The notes: a model not told the origin generated them from the letters alone. A stretch of DNA of 63,808 bases, filler included, from Thraustochytrium aureum (GCA_012862495.1; 7 parts of 6 records of this genome joined end to end with filler, not necessarily neighbours in it); one strand, 5' to 3'; positions 10,320-20,542 are shown, counted from the whole stretch's first letter. Numbers and translations are program-made.

Positions 10320-12242
10320 ATGGCGAATCTCGCACAGGGATCGGTAGAGAGCGTCGCGGAGAGCATCGCGGAGAGCATTGGGACATCGAGACGGTCGACC
10401 TCGTCGGAGGACGAAGAATACTCTGACGGGTTTGCGGACGACAACCATCAGACGTCACCGAAGCCGCCGCAGGCCGCTGCCTCGCGCTCTACGGTGAGCG
10501 ATGGCGACTATTCGGAGGACTTTTCGGCCACCGCTGAATCGGTCGAGGCAGGTCTTGTTGGAGGCCAATCTACGTACACGACGTACACCGGGTTTTCGGA
10601 CGATGGCGAAGCGGACGATGGCGAAGCGGACGATGGCGAAGCGGACGGAGCGAGCACGGGCGTGTCACGCATGGACGACGAAGACGCTGGCCCAAGTCGG
10701 GTGGCGGAGGCTTCCACAACTGCCAAAGTCGCGAGAGCCCCACCCAACCCTCCAGTCGCACACGCCGCGCCAAGCGCTGGGAGCGCTGCGCTGGCGCTTG
10801 CCGAAGCTGCGGAGCTTGCTGCAAGGCTCTTGCAGGTGCAACGCGAAAACGACAAGCTCCAACGAGACCTGCACACAAGTGTGGCACAGGTAGAGCGCGC
10901 GAGGCACCGAGACCTCAAAGCGCTGACGCGCAAGCAAGAGCGCGCAAAGCAGCGACGCGCTGACCACGAGGGCGAGCTAGCGCGGGCCAAGCGTGACGCC
11001 GCTGTCGCAAAGGCAGAGCGCGACGCCATGGAGCGACGACTCCATGCAGCAGAGGCCAAGCTTGAAGCTGCGAACGCTCGCCAGGCCGAATCCGACAAGG
11101 ATATCGCCGCCATGGCCGCAGCACGAGCAGACGCCGAGGCTCGGTTGACTGCTGCTGAAGCCCGGTGCGAGACCGCGCACAGCGCTGCGGACCTTGCCGC
11201 CAAGGCGCATCGTCAAGAGCTCAACGCAGCTGCGCAAGAAATGCTGGCCGCTCNNNNNNNNNNNNNNNNNNNNNNNNNNNNNNNNNNNNNNNNNNNNNNN
11301 NNNNNNNNNNNNNNNNNNNNNNNNNNNNNNNNNNNNNNNNNNNNNNNNNNNNNNNNNNNNNNNNNNNNNNNNNNNNNNNNNNNNNNNNNNNNNNNNNNNN
11401 NNNNNNNNNNNNNNNNNNNNNNNNNNNNNNNNNNNNNNNNNNNNNNNNNNNNNNNNNNNNNNNNNNNNNNNNNNNNNNNNNNNNNNNNNNNNNNNNNNNN
11501 NNNNNNNNNNNNNNNNNNNNNNNNNNNNNNNNNNNNNNNNNNNNNNNNNNNNNNNNNNNNNNNNNNNNNNNNNNNNNNNNNNNNNNNNNNNNNNNNNNNN
11601 NNNNNNNNNNNNNNNNNNNNNNNNNNNNNNNNNNNNNNNNNNNNNNNNNNNNNNNNNNNNNNNNNNNNNNNNNNNNNNNNNNNNNNNNNNNNNNNNNNNN
11701 NNNNNNNNNNNNNNNNNNNNNNNNNNNNNNNNNNNNNNNNNNNNNNNNNNNNNNNNNNNNNNNNNNNNNNNNNNNNNNNNNNNNNNNNNNNNNNNGTCCA
11801 AGCAAAGTCGGCGGCACTATCACACAAGCAGGACTTTGTGCTCGAACTCCGTGAGGAGTGTATTTCCAAGTCCAGAACGCTCGACGCTCGCGTTGCCCAG
11901 GTTGAAGAGCTCAAAGCAGAGCTCTGCCAGGCGCTCGCTGGAATCCGCTCTGAAAAGCGCGCATGCCCAGAACCGGCTAGAGAAGGGACTGACTGTAGAC
12001 CAGGCGACTCTGGGCGCAGAGGTTGGCAGAACGAGACTCGCCGTGCCCATCCACACGACGACCTCGATGATTGCTCTTCAACGGGCGAAGGAGAGCGCGT
12101 GCGCAGAGACGTTTCAGAGCCGAGCGCGTCGCCGGCGTCTGCTTTCAGCGTCAGCGGCGAAGAGACCAGCGATCTCTGGGCGAGCGACCTCGTGCGGGAG
12201 ATGCTCAACTTTCCAACGATGAATCCAGGGCCTGTTTTGTAG
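10320..12242 (+). CDS. Coiled-coil protein with acidic Ser/Asp-rich N-terminus (internal N gap 11254-11795)
   Basis: Long ORF open on both sides of the gap; YSDGF/YSEDF acidic motifs, (DDGEA)x3 repeat, extended A/E/R/K heptads. Confidence 0.7.
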   Translation: MANLAQGSVESVAESIAESIGTSRRSTSSEDEEYSDGFADDNHQTSPKPPQAAASRSTVSDGDYSEDFSATAESVEAGLVGGQSTYTTYTGFSDDGEADDGEADDGEADGASTGVSRMDDEDAGPSRVAEASTTAKVARAPPNPPVAHAAPSAGSAALALAEAAELAARLLQVQRENDKLQRDLHTSVAQVERARHRDLKALTRKQERAKQRRADHEGELARAKRDAAVAKAERDAMERRLHAAEAKLEAANARQAESDKDIAAMAAARADAEARLTAAEARCETAHSAADLAAKAHRQELNAAAQEMLAAXXXXXXXXXXXXXXXXXXXXXXXXXXXXXXXXXXXXXXXXXXXXXXXXXXXXXXXXXXXXXXXXXXXXXXXXXXXXXXXXXXXXXXXXXXXXXXXXXXXXXXXXXXXXXXXXXXXXXXXXXXXXXXXXXXXXXXXXXXXXXXXXXXXXXXXXXXXXXXXXXXXXXXXXXXXXXXXXXXXXXVQAKSAALSHKQDFVLELREECISKSRTLDARVAQVEELKAELCQALAGIRSEKRACPEPAREGTDCRPGDSGRRGWQNETRRAHPHDDLDDCSSTGEGERVRRDVSEPSASPASAFSVSGEETSDLWASDLVREMLNFPTMNPGPVL

Positions 12243-12399
12243 ATAGCACTGCTCGCTCTGCACAGCTAAGCTGCGTTTACTTTGTGCACTGGCAGACCTT
12301 GTCGTTGCTCACTGACTCGGATAGCTACGCCAGTATCGGCAGGAACCGTCTTTTTTGCTTCTCTACAGAGGCGTTGTTGCGCATTACCCTAGCTACACT

Positions 12400-15300
12400 C
12401 TAGCCTTCGCCGTGCCCCGCCCGCTCCAGCTGGCTGTAGAAACGCGACTCGACGCGGTGGGCCTCCTTGAGGTACTCGCTGGTTTCGGAGCCAAGTCCGA
12501 TTAAGCGCCTGGTTTGATACCCCACCCCGTCGCTGACCTCTGGGGAGCCCCGCTTGGGTTGCTTGAAGATGCCAAGGTCAGGCGCGCGGAGCGCGTCCTG
12601 CTTCTGGTGCTCTGCGTTGTAGTATACAGAGCTTGGGTCAAACAGGGGCTCGTCGTCATCAAGCAAAATCGACCTGCCTTGCTCACGCTTTGACTCGGAC
12701 GACGAGGAGGGAAAGAAGCCAGGTGTCCTGTTCTTCGGCGAAGCAGGTGAAGCCCGCAGCTTGGAGCCCTTTACGGGCGAGTTGCGCTCCAGGCGGCGCG
12801 AGCTCCCAAAACCAAGCACCTCGGGGCCCTCTTCATCCTGGTCGCGCGCCCCGCGCGGTAGGGTGAGGACCGAGCGAGGCTGGCGCTTGCCCATTGACTT
12901 GATCGGTGTGACAGTGAACGCCTTGGCTTTGAGCGCGGCAATTCCTGCGATTGCTGGGCTTGCATTTCGAATTCGCGGCCCACGCGGCGCGGACGGCGGG
13001 GGCGACGGCGCACGAGACGGCTCGCGGAGGGTGAAAGCGGAGCTCGCCACGTCCCTCTCGACCAGCGGCTCGCCGTCTCGCCGCTTGATGCGTTCTTTGG
13101 CAAGGCTCGCGTCTACGTTCTCCAGCTCGGGAGGCTTCCAGGTCGCTCGAGCCTCACGAAGCTGGCGTGCAAGCTCCCGGCGCCGAGCCATGTCTGTGCC
13201 CGGGTATTTTGGTGCGTAGGCCAGACCGTCCTCGCCCAGCTCTCGAGTCTGATCGCCTTCAGAGCCGGCTTGGCTTCGAGACAACGCGGCCTGCTGGCTT
13301 GCTGGGGCCTGCTTGCCTGCCGGGGTTTCGAAGCTCGCCGGAGCCAGAGCTTGAGGACCGCTTTTCGAGCGCTTGCTCCTGGGCGAGGCCTGACGAACGG
13401 GGGCGCAACGACTCTGCTGCTCTACTGCGTTGCAGACCCGCTCTGCGGCCTCGTACGTCTCGAATTGCAAGATAGCCTCCGTCTGGTCGGGGTCCGCGCC
13501 AGAATACTTGGGGTGCTGCGAGCCCCCCCACTGTCCGCAGCAAAGCCGGATCCCCACGGTTGTAGATCCGCTTCCGGAAACGGTGCTAAAGGGCCGGCTG
13601 CCAGTGAGACCGTCGCTGACGCGCAGCACGGCGCAAGCGCGCAAGCGGGCGCGCTCCTCTGGGAACGTGGCGCGCCACTTTGCTGGAAAAGCTGCCAAAA
13701 CCACAAAGTCGGAGAGCACCAAGCAGACGCACCGGCGATAGGTGGCCGCCTTGTGGCCTGGCACAAGCACCATCGCGTCGAGGCTTTGCTCCTCAGCCAG
13801 CACGCGGCGCTCTGAGCAAAACAGAGGCGACTCGCCGAGCCAAGAGGCCTGGCGCTTGCCCAGGCTCGGGTGCGGTGGGAGGACATTCTCCAAGTGACGA
13901 ATTGCGGTGGCGCTGCTCAGGATCCTCTCGTCGCCCGCCCCGATTTGCGTCAGCAGCTCGTGCATGGCTCCCGCCATGGCTTGCAAGCGGTCCCGGTGCT
14001 GCGCGCTTGCGTTGGCCGTGTTGAGCGACAACAGTCGGGCAAAGCAGCGTTCGTACTGGCCGAGTCTACGTAACGGGCGCAGCATGAGGCTCAAAATGTC
14101 CTCGCCGTGCGTTCCAGCCTCCTTGGCAGAGCGCAGAAAGGTGGCGAGCACCGGAATCTGCTGCGCGCGCAAGAGTAGCATCGCTATCGCCGCGGGAAGC
14201 TCCGCGGCGACCTGTAGGTACATCTGCAAGTCGACGATGCGCTTGTTCAGCTCGGAGAGGATCGGCTTTGCGTCCGTCTGGTCTTTGATGGCCTCAAGCA
14301 GGCCAGCGTGCAGGTCGTAGAGCGCCTGGAATCTGCAGCAAACAACCTGGAGGTCGCGCGGCGCCAACAGGCACCTGCGCCGCATCGGCAGCAAGTAGAC
14401 GTTGAGCAGCTGACTGAGTCCCGCAACGTGCTTGGCCTCTGACGAAACAAGCTCCTCGTACGCCTGGCGCCTGCAAGCGCGCGCGTTTTGCTCGGACACG
14501 TTCACAAGCGAGGCCAAGTTCTCCCCTGCAGAGTCCCCGCGCATGGGCGACAAAATCGGCGAAACCACTACCCCATCTCGATGCCGCGAGCCGCCGTGTT
14601 TGGAGGCACTGGCACCAAATGATGCGGAGACAGAGGCAACCTCTTGATCATCCGCGAATTCCCTGTCCCGTGTCGAAAGGGCCAGTTCAGCCTTCCCAAC
14701 AGGGCCTGGTGCGCCTGGAGTATCGCGAAGGCGCTGGATTGTGCGGTTGCAGGCCTGGACTGTGGCGTTTTTGACGTCAACCAAGCGCGACAAAAGCGCG
14801 TTCTGACGAGCGCGCAAGGTGGCCTCTGTCCGCCACGACTCGCACTTGAGACGAAGGATGGCGATCTGGAGCTCGCGAAGCCGCACATGGGCCGCCTTGA
14901 GCTCATCGTGCATGGCAGTCACATGCCGAGCCTCCTTTTCGGCTGCGTCGCTGAGCAGCTGCGCGCGGAGCTGCGTATCACTCAATGTGCGGTCTTCGGG
15001 CTCGTCGCGAGTCTGTTCGGCGGCATTGTGCTGTGCCCGAGCTTCTTTGACCAGGGCCAGCGTAGACTCAACCTGGGTGATGCGGACCAGGCTCGCGTCA
15101 AGGCATTCCTTGACGCTGACGTCCTGATCTTTGGTCTGCATCACCATCTCCGATAGCTTCGTGATTGACGCGTCGAAAACGCCGCCCAAAATGCGCTGAT
15201 GCAGCTGGGCCGGCCGCCCCTGCTCGGTCCCGTCGTCGAGCTCAGTCGAGTAGCCAAAGTCACTTGGGTCGAGAGCGTCGTGCGCGCCCGCGGTGCCACC

Positions 15301-16851
15301 GTTGCGTTCCAGCAGCGACAAGTCCGGCAGCAGATCGCGAAGTACGCTGTTCGACGAGAGGGAAAACGAGATGTCTGCCGCAGCGGCCACGGCAGAGATG
15401 CTTGCTCGGTTCAGCTCTGCCTCGAGCCGGTCTTCCTTTTCTGATCGAGCGTCTCGGTCCCCCGGGACGTCCTGGTCCGCGACCAATGCCTCGGTTCGCA
15501 CAACGAGAAGGTCCTGCGAAACTTCTAGTTTGGCTTTGAGCGCGGCGCGGACGGCGCGCAACTTGCCGACAAGCAAAGAGAGGTCCGCGAGCTCCGCTTC
15601 CTTGTCAAGCTCAAGTTGCGATGGCGCCGCGCTGCTGCGTCGCCGTGGGGACTTGAAGTCGCCCGAGGCATCATGGTGGTGGTCGTGGTGGTGAAAGCCT
15701 TCCGCTTCGCGAAGGGTTTGCTCAACGGCCTGCTGCTCGAGTCGGGTGCGGTTCAAGCTCGCTACAGCAAAATCGAGCTGGTTCTGCAGCGCCTCGACGG
15801 TCTTCTTCGCTGTCTTGTAATCCGACGTCAGGGCCTTGAGTTTGTCCCCTGTTCGCGTTGCGTTCGAACGAATTTCGGCGTCAATCCTCCGCAGTCCAGA
15901 GGTGATCTCAGGGTCTGCATCGGTCGGGGCGTCGGCTTTGGTCCCGCTTGCAGGTTGCCACAACGCACCTCCAGGGGCTACAGACGAGGGTGCCTTCGGC
16001 CCGCCGTTGCCGAACAGCAGCTCGTTGTCGCGGGCAGCAGCAGCGCCCGCCGCCGCGGCTGCTGGCTTGTCGATTTTAATGAACGCGAGTTCCTGCTGGA
16101 CCCGACTGGCCGTGTCCTCGGCAACCGCCCACTCGGTTGTTTTGCGCGCGAGGAGCTGCGAGGTCGCGGCCAGCTCGGCCCTCAGGTCCTCATTCTCTTG
16201 TATCGCTCGCTGCAGCTTGGCTTGCTCGGCTTCTAGTGCAGCCTCGACCTTTTGTTTGTGCTGCTCGACCTCGAGCGTTTCCGCGTTTTCAATGTACAAG
16301 GCCGGAGCAGTGCTGCCCGCCTGGCGGACGCGCACTTCCATGCCGTCGAGCGAGATGAGTGTTGGGCAGGATTTGATGACGCTCTCGCGCAGGTTGCCAA
16401 CCGCGCTGATCGGGTTGCGTTTCAAGCAAAGCCGGACGAGCGACTCACAGTCCCCCAAGCTCTGAAGCTCGGACATAACCGAAAGCCGGTTGTCCGAGAG
16501 GTCAAGCCATCGAAGCTGGCGGAGGAGCCCTATCTGCTTGGGGAGGTGCTCGATCGCGTTGCTGCTCACGTCCAGCACGCGGAGGGCGCACAGGCGGCCG
16601 ATGCCGTCCAGTCGCTTGATTCGATTTTTCGCCACGTTCAGTTCCTCCAGCGCATGGAGTGTGCGAAGCCCATCCACGTCCGCAAGCGCGTGCCCGCTCA
16701 AGTCCAGCGAAAGCAGCCCTTCGAACGGCTCGAGCCCCTCCGCCTTGCTAAACCTAGCGCCATCGAGCGCCGCATTCACGAACCCAAGCCCGAGCCACCT
16801 CACCTTGGCCGGGTCTCGGCCCCCGACGACCTCATCCAGCGCTCGCTCCAT
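12400..16851 (-). CDS. Centriolin-like LRR + coiled-coil protein fused to a Dbl-homology (RhoGEF) domain and probable PH domain
   Basis: N-terminal LRRs (LEELNVAKNRIKRLDGI, LRWLDLSDNRL) with LRR cap (CPTLISLDG); centriolin-like SQLLARKTTE...QQELAFIKID; DH signature RRQAYEELVSSEAKHV...LMLRPLRRLGQYERCFARLL; downstream beta-rich PH-like segment; first ATG at 16851. Confidence 0.8.
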   Translation of the reverse strand: MERALDEVVGGRDPAKVRWLGLGFVNAALDGARFSKAEGLEPFEGLLSLDLSGHALADVDGLRTLHALEELNVAKNRIKRLDGIGRLCALRVLDVSSNAIEHLPKQIGLLRQLRWLDLSDNRLSVMSELQSLGDCESLVRLCLKRNPISAVGNLRESVIKSCPTLISLDGMEVRVRQAGSTAPALYIENAETLEVEQHKQKVEAALEAEQAKLQRAIQENEDLRAELAATSQLLARKTTEWAVAEDTASRVQQELAFIKIDKPAAAAAGAAAARDNELLFGNGGPKAPSSVAPGGALWQPASGTKADAPTDADPEITSGLRRIDAEIRSNATRTGDKLKALTSDYKTAKKTVEALQNQLDFAVASLNRTRLEQQAVEQTLREAEGFHHHDHHHDASGDFKSPRRRSSAAPSQLELDKEAELADLSLLVGKLRAVRAALKAKLEVSQDLLVVRTEALVADQDVPGDRDARSEKEDRLEAELNRASISAVAAAADISFSLSSNSVLRDLLPDLSLLERNGGTAGAHDALDPSDFGYSTELDDGTEQGRPAQLHQRILGGVFDASITKLSEMVMQTKDQDVSVKECLDASLVRITQVESTLALVKEARAQHNAAEQTRDEPEDRTLSDTQLRAQLLSDAAEKEARHVTAMHDELKAAHVRLRELQIAILRLKCESWRTEATLRARQNALLSRLVDVKNATVQACNRTIQRLRDTPGAPGPVGKAELALSTRDREFADDQEVASVSASFGASASKHGGSRHRDGVVVSPILSPMRGDSAGENLASLVNVSEQNARACRRQAYEELVSSEAKHVAGLSQLLNVYLLPMRRRCLLAPRDLQVVCCRFQALYDLHAGLLEAIKDQTDAKPILSELNKRIVDLQMYLQVAAELPAAIAMLLLRAQQIPVLATFLRSAKEAGTHGEDILSLMLRPLRRLGQYERCFARLLSLNTANASAQHRDRLQAMAGAMHELLTQIGAGDERILSSATAIRHLENVLPPHPSLGKRQASWLGESPLFCSERRVLAEEQSLDAMVLVPGHKAATYRRCVCLVLSDFVVLAAFPAKWRATFPEERARLRACAVLRVSDGLTGSRPFSTVSGSGSTTVGIRLCCGQWGGSQHPKYSGADPDQTEAILQFETYEAAERVCNAVEQQSRCAPVRQASPRSKRSKSGPQALAPASFETPAGKQAPASQQAALSRSQAGSEGDQTRELGEDGLAYAPKYPGTDMARRRELARQLREARATWKPPELENVDASLAKERIKRRDGEPLVERDVASSAFTLREPSRAPSPPPSAPRGPRIRNASPAIAGIAALKAKAFTVTPIKSMGKRQPRSVLTLPRGARDQDEEGPEVLGFGSSRRLERNSPVKGSKLRASPASPKNRTPGFFPSSSSESKREQGRSILLDDDEPLFDPSSVYYNAEHQKQDALRAPDLGIFKQPKRGSPEVSDGVGYQTRRLIGLGSETSEYLKEAHRVESRFYSQLERAGHGEG

Positions 16852-16984
16852 GCGAGTCTCACTCCCCAGCTTCCTTCCGCCCGTCACTGCAGAAGGCGTG
16901 GAGTCGGGTGGCCCAACCTGGCCAGCGACCTCGAGTACTTACGCGACCTTTTCGACCCGAGACGTACTGCAGGTTTGCGGGCTG

Positions 16985-17062
16985 GGAGGCAGGCAGGAAA
17001 GAAAGACGCAAGGGAGACAGGCAGGCCGGCAGGCAGGCGGGCAGGCAGGCAGGCAAGGAAGC
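16985..17062. repeat. (GGCA)n microsatellite upstream of the LRR-RhoGEF gene
   Basis: aggcaggcagg...aggcaggccggcaggcaggcgggcaggcaggcaggc. Confidence 0.8.
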
Positions 17063-17287
17063 AGGTTATCGACCTGCCTTCAAGCGCGCGAGAGGGTCCG
17101 GATCGTCCACTCTGCGCGCCCCTCGACTGGGCTCTGCGCCGTTCCACTCTTTCTTTCTTGTCCTTCTGTTGCACTAACCGCCACCGAACATCGCCTTGTT
17201 CTCTCAATGTGACCCGCGCGTCCGGTGCGACTTGGACTTGCACGGCATTGATGAGCGCAACGCAGTGGTGAAGAAAACAGCTGCTTC

Positions 17288-17383
17288 GGGGGTATAGCTC
17301 AGGTGGTAGAGCACTCGCTTCGCATGGTTCATCTGAGAATCACAGGATGCGAGGGGTCTGGGGTTCGAGTCCCCATACCTCCA
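17288..17383 (+). tRNA. tRNA-Ala(CGC) with a 23-nt canonical intron (17325-17347)
   Basis: Acceptor stem GGGGGTA/TACCTCC with the G3:U70 alanine identity pair, A-box TAGCTCAGGTGGTAGAGC, anticodon stem CTCGC/GCGAG around TT-CGC-A, intron at 37/38, T-arm TGGGG-TTCGAGT-CCCCA, discriminator A. Confidence 0.95.
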
Positions 17384-17384
17384 A

Positions 17385-17409
17385 TTTCTTTTGTATTTTT
17401 TTTCTTTTT
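17385..17409 (+). terminator. RNA polymerase III oligo-T terminator of tRNA-Ala
   Basis: T-runs (tttcttttgtattttttttcttttt) immediately after the tRNA 3' end. Confidence 0.8.
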
Positions 17410-17525
17410 GGCGAACGCCTCACCTTTACGGATGCGCAACGCGGCATGCAAGGAGCGGTACATCCCGTACGTACCTGGTACGCGCGGAGCGATCGACGCC
17501 TGTTTGCTCATTCAATGCTCGACTG

Positions 17526-17626
17526 AACTCGGGTGCTTTTTTGACTCGAGCGCTTTTTTCAACTCGGGTGCTTTTTCAACTCGGGTGCTTTTTCAACTCG
17601 GGTGCTTTTTCAACTCGGGTGCTTTT
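17526..17626. repeat. 17-18 bp tandem minisatellite, ~6 copies (AACTCGGGTGCTTTTT(T)C)
   Basis: Directly visible tandem units, one variant copy gactcgagcgcttttttc; no unique spacers. Confidence 0.9.
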
Positions 17627-17654
17627 AAGTTAAACATTCATTAGCTCTGTCAGC

Positions 17655-18348
17655 TCATTGGGCGAGCCGCTTTTCGCAGCAGTCGATCACATCAGCGAAC
17701 GCAGACTCGTGCGCATTGTACCACGCGTCGAGCGGGTNNNNNNNNNNNNNNNNNNNNNNNNNNNNNNNNNNNNNNNNNNNNNNNNNNNNNNNNNNNNNNN
17801 NNNNNNNNNNNNNNNNNNNNNNNNNNNNNNNNNNNNNNNNNNNNNNNNNNNNNNNNNNNNCGGCCGTCGCCAATTAGCAAGACGGGTACGTCCAGGTCTC
17901 GAAACATGTCGCCCTGCAGCGACCCCGTCGGCCCTGGCGAAAGCACGCCGCCGGCCGTCTCGATGAGCTGAAAGGCGCTCGCCCCAGCCTCGCACGCGCC
18001 GTCGAGAGACCTACGCACCGCATCCACAACGGTGGCATCCGCCGGCGGCTCGGCCCCAGTTTGTGCGCGAAGGTGGTCGGCTGCGAGGTGGGGCGAGACG
18101 GCGGGCCCCCAGGCGAACAGCGTTTCTGCCCGTAGTGTCGCGGCAGCCTGCTCGCCGAGGCGGCCGGCCACGACCTTTCGGACGGTCTTTTCGTCCGAAT
18201 GGCCCTCGTCTGCCCCAGTTTGCAGCGGCTTGAGGTAGAACGTACGGGCAGGCCCGTACCTGGCACAGGCCGCGCGCACTAGGCCAGCACAGACCACGGT
18301 CTTGCCAACGTCCGTATTGGCACCAAACACGAGCCACCTGGCTGCCAT
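17655..18348 (-). CDS. bioD: Dethiobiotin synthetase, eukaryotic BIO3-type, apparently stand-alone (N gap 17738-17860)
   Basis: VFGANTDVGKT P-loop, YLKPLQTG, AVSPHLAA, LIETAGGVLSPGPTGSLQGD, VLLIGDG; after the gap PLDAWYNAHESAFADVIDCCEKRLAQ then TGA at 17655-17657. Confidence 0.88.
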
Positions 18349-18703
18349 CGCGGCCTTGCGCGACGTCGCCGAAACCGGTGCAAAACTGCGCCCAACCCGG
18401 TCCCACCCGGGTCTGCAGGCGCCGCTTCGAGGGCAGCAAGGACGTCAGGCGACGTGCCCTGCAGAGTCTGGCGTGCGGGCGGGTGCGCGAGCAGCTTGCA
18501 GGTCTGGCTTGCCCGAGTCTCGCGGCAGCGTTGGCGCAGTTGCAGGGTCGCGACTCCATTCCGACTCCTGCGTGACGCTCACTCTCTCTGTCCCCTCCGG
18601 CGCGGCGCACCACTGCCCACTGTCGTCTCTGAAGCAAGCCCCTTGCACGCACGCCAGTGCCCGGGCGCTATTCGCAGCAGCAGGGCTGCGGCGGCGGGCG
18701 AGC

Positions 18704-20359
18704 ATGGCGGCCGACGAGGGGGGCGGCGTGGTCAGGCCCGAGTCCGCCGCGCCGCTCTGCGCCGCCTTCTTCGCGCTCATCGCCGCCAACTACCTCTTGC
18801 AGGTGAGTGAGGCGCTCCTTGCGGGCAGGGCAGGCCCCGGGCTGGCGCGCTGACATTGCTCCTGCATTCTCGCTCGGTTTTTCGCCGCGCTGTAGACTGT
18901 GCGCGACGCGCAGGTGCTCTTCGTCGGCAAGCAGCTCAGCTCCAAGCTGCTGACGGTCTCGACAGTGGCCGCGCTATTGGCGAGCCCGTTCGCGAAGGTA
19001 AGGTCGGGGCTGGCGCGCGGCGGCCGCGGAGCGCCTGCGGGGGTTGGCAACTTGGGCAGGGCTAACTGGATCGATCGCCCACGCCAGGCAATAGCCAAGC
19101 CGACCGCGCAGGAGACGGCCAGCGCCATCCAGGCGTTTTACCGCGCGTTTTCTGTCGTTCTCTTGCTTGGCGTCCTAGTACCGCTCGACCGCGGGCGCGA
19201 CGAGCCAAAGGGTTTGTCGACGTGGCTCGACGCCCCTGTCGCGCTTGTGAGCGCGCACTTTGTTGTGACCCAGACCATCAACAACATCGCCATCTCCGTG
19301 CTGTGGTCGTTCTCGTCGGACCTCATCCCAGCCGATTCGGCTGTGCGATACATGAGCATGTTTGGCGCGGCGAGCACGATGGGCCAGGCGGCTGGGGCGC
19401 TTGGCGCGTCAACGATGATAGCCTTTGGCTTCCGGGTCGAGCATGTCCTCCTCGCTGTCGTTGCTGCGCTAGAGTGTGCAGGTCGATTTACCGTGCTCGC
19501 TGCGCGATTTGCGCCGGCGCCCAACGAGGAGCAAGGTCTCGAAAAGGCTGCCATAGCCTCGCGGCAGAGCGAGCCGCCAGTTCTGAACGAGTTGCCGAGC
19601 AAGCTTGTGGTCAGCGTTGTGTCGAGCAGCAGTGGCGACGACGAAGGCGGGCGTCGCGAAGAGCGACTTGACCGCCTTGGAGAACTAACAGGCGCCATCA
19701 ACCAGATGCAAAGCGTGCTCGTGGACCCATATGCCTCCACAATCTGCCTTTACACCACCTGCTACACGGCGACGATGTCGCTTATCTATCTCGAGCGCAC
19801 CGGTGCCGTGGCAGACCAAGGGCTCGACCCAGGGGCCGCAGCGACGCTTTCGGCCCAGCTAAGCTTTGTCGCTGCCATAGCGACTTTCTTGGTTCAGGTG
19901 GCCTTGACCTTGCCAAGCGTGGCGCGTCTCCTAACGACCGAGCTCGGCCTCCTGGCGTTGCCAGGCGTCACCGCTCTCGGGTTTTTCTGCCTCGCCATGG
20001 GCCACGGCGAGCGCCTTACCATTGTGTTGGCTTTCGAGCTCACGCGGCGAGTGGTTGCCTTTGCAGTTTCCAAGCCGGTGCGGGAAGCCATGTATGCCGC
20101 GATGCCAAGGAAGCGAAAGTTCGCAGTCAAGACCATTGTGGACACGTTTGTGTACAGAGGGGGGATGGGTCTCGGCGCGCTGCTGTCGGACTGGATCGCG
20201 CGCTCTGACGCCTCGCCGTCGGACGCGAGACATGTGCACGTCGCGGTCTGCTCGCTTTGGTTCGGGTCCTCTGTGCTCCTGAGCGCGCTGTGGCGCGCTA
20301 GGCAAAGCCCCGGGGAGGGGCACGAGGACATTGGCTCGCCAAAGCCCAAGGTCGCCTGA
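18704..20359 (+). CDS. NTT/Tlc (AAA family) nucleotide-transporter-like MFS protein; exons 18704-18802, 18896-18997, 19088-20359
   Basis: Intron 1 GTGAGT...GCTGAC...TAG gives NYLLQ|TVRDA; intron 2 GTAAGG...GCTAAC...CAG (90 nt); ISVLWSFSSDL, FGAASTMGQAAG, KPVREAMY...KFAVKTIVDTFVYRGG; many TM helices. Confidence 0.8.
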
Positions 20360-20542
20360 TTTATTGAATGAGCCCGAAATGTGTTTACGGTGCGGTGGTG
20401 GCCTATTTTTTTGCGGTCGAGTCTTTTTGGTTTTGGGTTCCCTGCCGCTGTTGCCACACTGCTTGTGGCTAGCGAAGCTTGTGGCTAGCGACGACCTGTG
20501 GCGAGCGCTGGCCTTCTCCTGCTGTTGCCACACTACTTGTGG

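Noticed and set aside
17526..17626. CRISPR-like array; the unit also resembles the sgRNA 3' end (GGTGCTTTTTT)
   Set aside because: No spacers, units only 17-18 bp, no cas genes, eukaryotic context; the resemblance is a short chance match.
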